DNA from: Planctomycetaceae bacterium
Lineage (GTDB): Bacteria; Planctomycetota; SZUA-567
Reading direction: 5' to 3'
Length of the DNA stretch: 64,000 nt
Assembly (NCBI GenBank): GCA_021201355.1
Contig: JAJQFC010000024.1
Coordinates: 206 to 64,205 of the forward strand
This document shows positions 58,664 to 64,000 of the stretch, in pieces. Made by a program: the position numbers and the translations under genes. The notes beneath the pieces were generated by a model. That model was not told the origin of the DNA and searched no databases. It worked only from the letters and a program-made list of their open reading frames with translations. How positions within the stretch are numbered: the first letter of the stretch is position 1; each line of letters begins with the position of its first letter.

Positions 58664-59608
58664 TCAGGCGCGCTTCCGGTTCCGGAACGAATCCAGCAGT
58701 ACGGCGGCGATGATGATGACGCCTATGATCAGTTTCTGAAGGTACGACGACACGTTCATCAGGTTCAGGCCGTTCCGGATGACTCCCATGATGATGGCGC
58801 CGAGCAGGGTTCCCCACACGCTCCCGGAACCGCCCAGGAGGCTGGCGCCGCCGATGACGGACGAGGCGATGGCGTCGAGTTCGTAGCCTTCCCCGGCGAT
58901 GGATTGGGCCGAGTTCAGCTTGGCGACGAGGACGATGCCGGCGAGGGAGGCCATGACGCCGCAGACGGTATAGGCCAGGGTCTTGGTGCGGTCGACATTG
59001 ATGCCGGAGAGGCGGGTGGCTTCCTCGTTACCGCCGATGGAGTAGATGTAGCGGCCGAATTTGCGGTATTTCAGGACATACCACATGATGGTGTAGAGGA
59101 TGAGCATGATGATGATCTGCACCGGAATCTCGGCGATGCGGCCGGAGCCGATCCAGCGGAACGAGGCCGGATAGCCGGTGATGGTCTTGCCGTTGGCGAG
59201 GGTCAGGGCGGCGCCGCGGGCGATGGACATCATGCCGAGGGTGGCGATCATCGGTTGCAGCTTGAAGCGGGAAATCAGGATGCCGTTCAACGTGCCGCAA
59301 ATGGCGCCGATGATGATGGCGACGAGGATGGCGACAATCGGCGTGACGCCCATGCCGACGATCAGCTTCCCCATGACGATTCCGGAAATGGCGAGGACCG
59401 AACCGACGGACAGGTCGATGCCGCCGGTAAAGATAACGACGCTGATACCGAGGGCTATGATGGCGTTGACGGTGACCTGCTGAAGGATGTTCACAAGGTT
59501 CGCGCGGCTGCTGAACACGGGCGACAGGACAGACATGAGAATGCACAACGCCACCAGGACCAGAACCGGCGTCAGGTTCGACATGTCGATTTTCTTGGCT
59601 TTCATCAT
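58664..59608 (-). CDS. sugar ABC transporter permease (RbsC-type)
   Basis: Multi-TM BPD_transp_2-type sequence (GGIDLSVGSVLA motif). The start, ATG 59608 or 59605, is uncertain. Confidence 0.85.
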   Translation of the reverse strand: MMKAKKIDMSNLTPVLVLVALCILMSVLSPVFSSRANLVNILQQVTVNAIIALGISVVIFTGGIDLSVGSVLAISGIVMGKLIVGMGVTPIVAILVAIIIGAICGTLNGILISRFKLQPMIATLGMMSIARGAALTLANGKTITGYPASFRWIGSGRIAEIPVQIIIMLILYTIMWYVLKYRKFGRYIYSIGGNEEATRLSGINVDRTKTLAYTVCGVMASLAGIVLVAKLNSAQSIAGEGYELDAIASSVIGGASLLGGSGSVWGTLLGAIIMGVIRNGLNLMNVSSYLQKLIIGVIIIAAVLLDSFRNRKRA

Positions 59609-59781
59609 ACTCCTCTCATTCTTTCGGACGTGGCAAGAGAAAGGCCGCATCGGCAAAAATCGGGCACAACGCGCCCGGCGCTGAAGCGGAAACGCTCCGG
59701 AGCGTGGCGCGGCGGTTGAAATACGGTCGTCATTCGCGACCGCGTCATTAAGGGGATCGGGGGTGGACGTGGGTCACTCTC

Positions 59782-61317
59782 TCATGGTGCGACCTGGGCG
59801 CAGGACTCCGGGTCGACGGCGGTGCCGGTGGTGTATTTCATCACGTCGCCCTCGGTGAGTCCTTCCGGGTTGTCGAAGCATTTTGTGATGCGGCCTTCGT
59901 GCATAACGTAGATGCGGTCGGCCACGCCGAGCGTTTCCGGGAGTTCCGACGACACCATGATCACGCCCTTCCCTTCCTGCTTGAGGCGGTTCATGATTTT
60001 GTAGATCTCCACCTTGGCGCCGACGTCGATGCCCCGCGTCGGTTCGTCGAAGATGACGATGTCCGAGTCGGAATTGAGCCACTTGGCGATAACGACCTTC
60101 TGCTGGTTGCCGCCGGACAGGTTTTTCACCTTCTGGTCGAGGGACGGGGTCTTGATGCGCATCGAGTCGGAGAGGCTGGTGCAGATGCGCCGTTCGCTGG
60201 CCCGGCTGATGCCGAAGCCGGTCATGACGTTGTTCAGGTTGGCGAGGACGATGTTTTCCTTGACGGAGAACGAGAGGATGAGGCCCTGGTTTTTCCGATC
60301 TTCCGTGAGGAGGGCGAGGCCCTGGTTTTTGGCGTCTTCGCAGCTCTTGATGGTGGTCGGAATGCCTTTAATGAGGATTTCGCCGGAGTCGTACGGATCG
60401 GCGCCGAAAATGGCCCGCATCGTCTCCGTCCGCCCGGAGCCCATCAGCCCGTAGAACCCGACGATTTCGCCGTGACGGACGTGGAAGGAAATGTCCCGGA
60501 GGAGGTTTCCCTGGTTCAGGTGGCGGACCTCGAGGATGTTTTCTCCCGGCTCGCAATGAACTTTCGGATACTGTTCGGACAGGTCGCGGCCGACCATGAG
60601 CTTGATGAGAGTGTCGACGGTGGCGCCTTTGGCGTCGACCGTCTCGATATACTTCCCGTCCCGGAAGACGGTGATGCGGTCGCCGATTTTGAGGATTTCC
60701 TCCAGCCGGTGGGAAATGTAGACAATCGCCACCTTTTTGGCCTTCAATTGGGCGATGATGGCGAAGAGACTGTCCACTTCCTTTTCCGTCAGGGCCGAGG
60801 TCGGTTCGTCCATGATGATGATGTCGGAATCGAAGGAGATGGCCTTGGCGATTTCCACCATCTGCATCTGACCGACCGAAAGGGTGGAGACGAGGGCGCG
60901 CTCGGAAATGTCCGAATTGATGGAGTCGAGGAGGCGCCGGGCGTCGGCGAACATCCTGTTCCAGTCGATGCCGCCGAAGGCGGTGACGGGTTGGCGGCCG
61001 AGGAACATGTTTTCGGCGACGGTCAGGTTCTTGAGGAGGTTCATTTCCTGAAAAATGATGCTGACGCCGCGCTCGCGCTGTTCGAGAACGCTTCTGGCGA
61101 CGATGGCTTCGCCCTTGTAGACGATGCTGCCGGAATACCTGGTATTGACGCCGGCAAGGACTTTCATGATGGTCGATTTTCCGGCGCCGTTTTCGCCGAG
61201 GAGGACATGGACCTCGCCCGGATAGGCGTCGAAATGGACCCGGTCCAGGGCAAGTACGCCCGAGAACTCGACGGTTATGTCGTCCATGCGGACGATGGGT
61301 ACTGGCTGGGCAGTCAC
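59782..61317 (-). CDS. sugar ABC transporter ATP-binding protein (duplicated ATPase, RbsA-type)
   Basis: Two nucleotide-binding domains (GENGAGKST and GLMGSGRTE Walker A; LSVGQMQ and LSGGNQQ signatures). GTG 61317 with a GGGAGGG SD is preferred over ATG 61377. Confidence 0.9.
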   Translation of the reverse strand: MTAQPVPIVRMDDITVEFSGVLALDRVHFDAYPGEVHVLLGENGAGKSTIMKVLAGVNTRYSGSIVYKGEAIVARSVLEQRERGVSIIFQEMNLLKNLTVAENMFLGRQPVTAFGGIDWNRMFADARRLLDSINSDISERALVSTLSVGQMQMVEIAKAISFDSDIIIMDEPTSALTEKEVDSLFAIIAQLKAKKVAIVYISHRLEEILKIGDRITVFRDGKYIETVDAKGATVDTLIKLMVGRDLSEQYPKVHCEPGENILEVRHLNQGNLLRDISFHVRHGEIVGFYGLMGSGRTETMRAIFGADPYDSGEILIKGIPTTIKSCEDAKNQGLALLTEDRKNQGLILSFSVKENIVLANLNNVMTGFGISRASERRICTSLSDSMRIKTPSLDQKVKNLSGGNQQKVVIAKWLNSDSDIVIFDEPTRGIDVGAKVEIYKIMNRLKQEGKGVIMVSSELPETLGVADRIYVMHEGRITKCFDNPEGLTEGDVMKYTTGTAVDPESCAQVAP

Positions 61318-61715
61318 GAATCCCTCCCATTCAACAGGGCACGGTACGCCGTGCTGGAATTCAGATAGACTGGGCACGCGCCCAATACGAACGAAAAAAA
61401 CATCCCGCCGAAGCGAGGTTCCGCTATTTTAGGGGTCATGGCTGCAAAAAACAGGCAAAGGAAGCGGCGAAGACGACGCCGCAGCACGCGTGAGGGAAGA
61501 AAGCACGGACGGTGTACGCGCCTAGTTATGTGGTTGTAACGACACTATAACGCACCAAAACGCGGTTGTCAACTCCAATGTTTGGAAAAACAGCGTGATG
61601 GCGATACGGAGCATCTGTTACGTTGGCGGAACATGTTGAAAGATATATGGATAACTGACTATAAATCCTTTGTGAAAATATTGTGTACGCGCCCAGTTAA
61701 TCGGGAGAGCGAAGG

Positions 61716-62762
61716 CTATAGGTCGATGTTTTCCGCGCAGGCGATATGTATCCGGGTATAGGCGATCTCATTGTCCGGCTTCCTGCCGCCCATGAGAAAA
61801 TTGGTCAGCACCGTCACCGGCAGCGAGCCCTGGAGATAGAGGTTCTGTTCAATAACGAAGTCGACCACCCGTTCCCGCAGAAGCCGGGCCGTCGTCTCGG
61901 ACACATCGTGGCAGACGACCCGCACCCGTCCGGCCCGGCCGCAGCGGCGAAGCGCTTCGGCGCAGCCGGGGACGCTTTCGTTGGCCATATAGATGGCGTC
62001 GGCGGCCGGGTGGTCGGCGAGGTAGCGGCCCACCCGTTCCAGCGTCACGTCGTAGTCGTTGTAACATTCGATAACCGTATCCGCCTCCGGGTCGCGGCCC
62101 AGTTCGGCCATGCGCTGGCAGAAACCTTCGACCCGGCGCCGGTGACCGTCGTATTCGCGGTTGCCGCAGGCGATCAGTATGGGCGAGGTCGCCGGCACCA
62201 GTTTGGCCATGATTTCCGCCGCGATCCGACCGCTTCGCCGGTCGTCCTGTCCGACAAAGCACATGCGGCCGCTGTCCGGAATGTCCGAGTTGAATGTCAC
62301 GACAGGGATCCCGTCCCGGACGAGGGCGAGGAGCCGGTTCCGGACCGGTTCGCTGTTACGGGCGCAGATGGCCAAGCCGCGAGCGCCGGCGGCGATGGCA
62401 TCGTCGACGGCTTCGACATATTCTTCGGGAAGGTCGGTGGCGCAGTGGGTGACGATGACGTCCATGCCGAAATCGGCCAGCTCGGCCCTGGCGTTTTCGA
62501 GGCCCCGGTCCACCTCTCAGCCAAACGAACCGGACCAGACCGGCATCACCACGGCTATCTTCATGCCCTTGTTTTTCAGGGCCAGGGCCCGGGCGGCCCG
62601 GTCCGGCGTGTAGTCGAGATCCCGCAACGCCGCCTCGACCCGCCGGCGCTTTTCCGGATTGACATTGGGCCGGCCGTGCAAGACCCGGTCGACAACGCCG
62701 CGGGACACCCCGGCATAGGCGGCTATTATTTTAATAGTCGGTTTCACGATTTGTTTTTCCAA
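61716..62762 (-). pseudogene. LacI-family transcriptional regulator interrupted by one in-frame TGA
   Basis: Single frame, broken only by TGA at 62517-62519 (...IAVVMPVWSGSFG*EVDRGLENARAEL...). N-terminal HTH (TIKIIAAYAGVSRGVVDRVLHG) and a sugar-binding-fold C-terminal part. ORF-track pieces are 62517-62762 and 61716-62513. Confidence 0.7.
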
Positions 62763-63923
62763 TACTTATCATGGGCGCGCGCACGCGATTGTCGATGCTT
62801 GATACTGTACATCACAAACCCGGTATTGCAACAGGAATGGACAGTTTTTTTCATCCGGCGGTCATTCGGTGCCGTACTTTCCACCTGGATAACCAGTCGC
62901 GACGGCGGAAAAAATCCTTTTGGAACCGTCTCCACCGGCGTTTTTAAAAGGGTATCGGCGGGATCTTCTGGCATCCATTTTCCGGAAAGTGACATGCTGT
63001 GTGAACAACTCGTCCGGCCTGTTTTTTGAATCCGGGTATGGCGACCGGGCAGCCGAACATACTTTCGGTAAATCGGGTAGTGTCGCCGACAATAAAACAC
63101 TTGCAATATGGTGAATAAACCTGTATAGTAATGAAACCCGATGCGAATCAGGGTGAGGGGATTTTTTGGAACGAAAGGAATTGCGCCACACGCAAAACTA
63201 CGGTTGAAATTCTCCATCGTCACTGTCCACCCGGCAGGTTTGACGATGTAGTCATATCCCATTGTACCGACACATTCCTGTCGATGTATTCATCCGCCGG
63301 CCCACACTCGGCCGCATACGGAAACGGTTTCGCCATACCGTATTTTCGCGCCGCCACGGTGCCACGTGCAACAATCCTGTATCCATGCACACCCAAACCA
63401 GGCCCGCCGGCCTGGAATCATGATAATTCCACCATACCCATCCTCGATGTTTGTTTTCTCCGGAAATCCTGACCAAGTACCTTTTCCTGGTCGGCCCGCT
63501 CCACGACGATCCATGAGGTCTCCCCGATACATTGGTCTGGGTCAACATCCCTGTCTCATCGTGCCGGACGACGGGCTGAAATGTCAAGGACGGCGGGTGA
63601 CTCGCTCTCATTCTCTCCCTTCATGCCGTCCGTCCCATCGCCACCCTGTCCACCGGTCTCAACCATAACCGTAAACTTGTAAAACACTTCAGTCGTTCTC
63701 CACATCTCGTCGATAGATGTTTCGGGCCGACGTGCGGCATGGCGTCGGGCCTGTGTACGAGCGAGATCCGAACCGTCCGCTTTCGTCTGAACCTGCACGA
63801 CTTTCCGATCCGGCAACCGGTCACTCCCGCCGCCGCATGGGGAACGGCTGGTGCCATGTCCGTCGTCCGGGAAAGCGATCACGCTCGCGTGACACCCACT
63901 ATCGCCTTGATAAGGAGAAGGCT

Positions 63924-64000
63924 GTGCGCAGATTTTTGGTGATCGTCGTTGCCTCGCTGGTCCCGGTCGGTATGTGGACCGCCGGTTGTCGGCAGGAACG
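63924..64000 (+). CDS. putative lipoprotein, 3' end outside the window
   Basis: AAGGAG (63912-63917), 6 nt, then GTG 63924. VRRFLVIVVASLVPVGMWTAGC gives a signal peptide with a lipobox-like TAGC. Open to the window end. Confidence 0.45.
   Translation, partial: MRRFLVIVVASLVPVGMWTAGCRQE

Noticed and set aside
57434-59719. 761-aa plus-strand ORF
   Set aside because: It lies antisense to the ABC substrate-binding and permease genes. The composition is low-complexity Gly/Asp/Ala. Shadow ORF.

Overview
GC-rich bacterial chromosomal window with about 55 protein-coding genes and one tRNA (Leu-UAA). I found no rRNA, CRISPR array, transposase, integrase or phage gene. The content is housekeeping and anaerobic energy metabolism. 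In map order: an LptF/G-like permease, GT2, AMMECR1, HPr, an RluD-like synthase, an HDOD protein with a PAS histidine kinase, lipA-guaA-pyrG, ldhA and MarR-CheX. Next comes a nine-gene hdrB-hdrC-hdrA-mvhD/flx-like-frdB/A-like operon (19.9-29.0 kb), divergent from a class I fumarase plus Ldh_2-type dehydrogenase operon. It is followed by ftsH, a FIST protein, recA, a GyrI-like gene, lexA, and dnaN-DUF721(DciA-like)-hemW. The window ends with a HydABC-type [FeFe]-hydrogenase, serC, malic enzyme, a MATE exporter, and a LacI-linked ribose-type ABC importer with a hydroxypyruvate-isomerase-like gene. Main observations: (1) The Hdr/Flx module is co-transcribed with a soluble, anchor-less fumarate-reductase-like pair, next to the genes that would supply fumarate. 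This suggests a cytoplasmic, possibly electron-bifurcating NADH/ferredoxin:fumarate oxidoreductase. (2) Five otherwise intact genes each carry one in-frame stop: TAG in the histidine kinase, ftsH and the NuoF-like hydrogenase subunit, and TGA in the LacI regulator and a small secreted repeat protein. There is also one A9-tract frameshift and two heavily decayed gene remnants. This means either gene decay or assembly error, or context-dependent stop-codon readthrough. (3) A candidate replication origin lies directly upstream of dnaN, with no adjacent dnaA. It has four copies of a GTTYCACGTGGAAC palindrome, an AT-rich GTTGAAT repeat block, and a local flip in gene orientation. (4) Several sharply AT-rich intergenic islands carry ordered repeats, notably seven T-tract + AYYGATW units in three clusters at exact 14-bp spacing between the hdr and fumarase operons. 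All functional calls rest on motif recognition by eye. No database search was possible.
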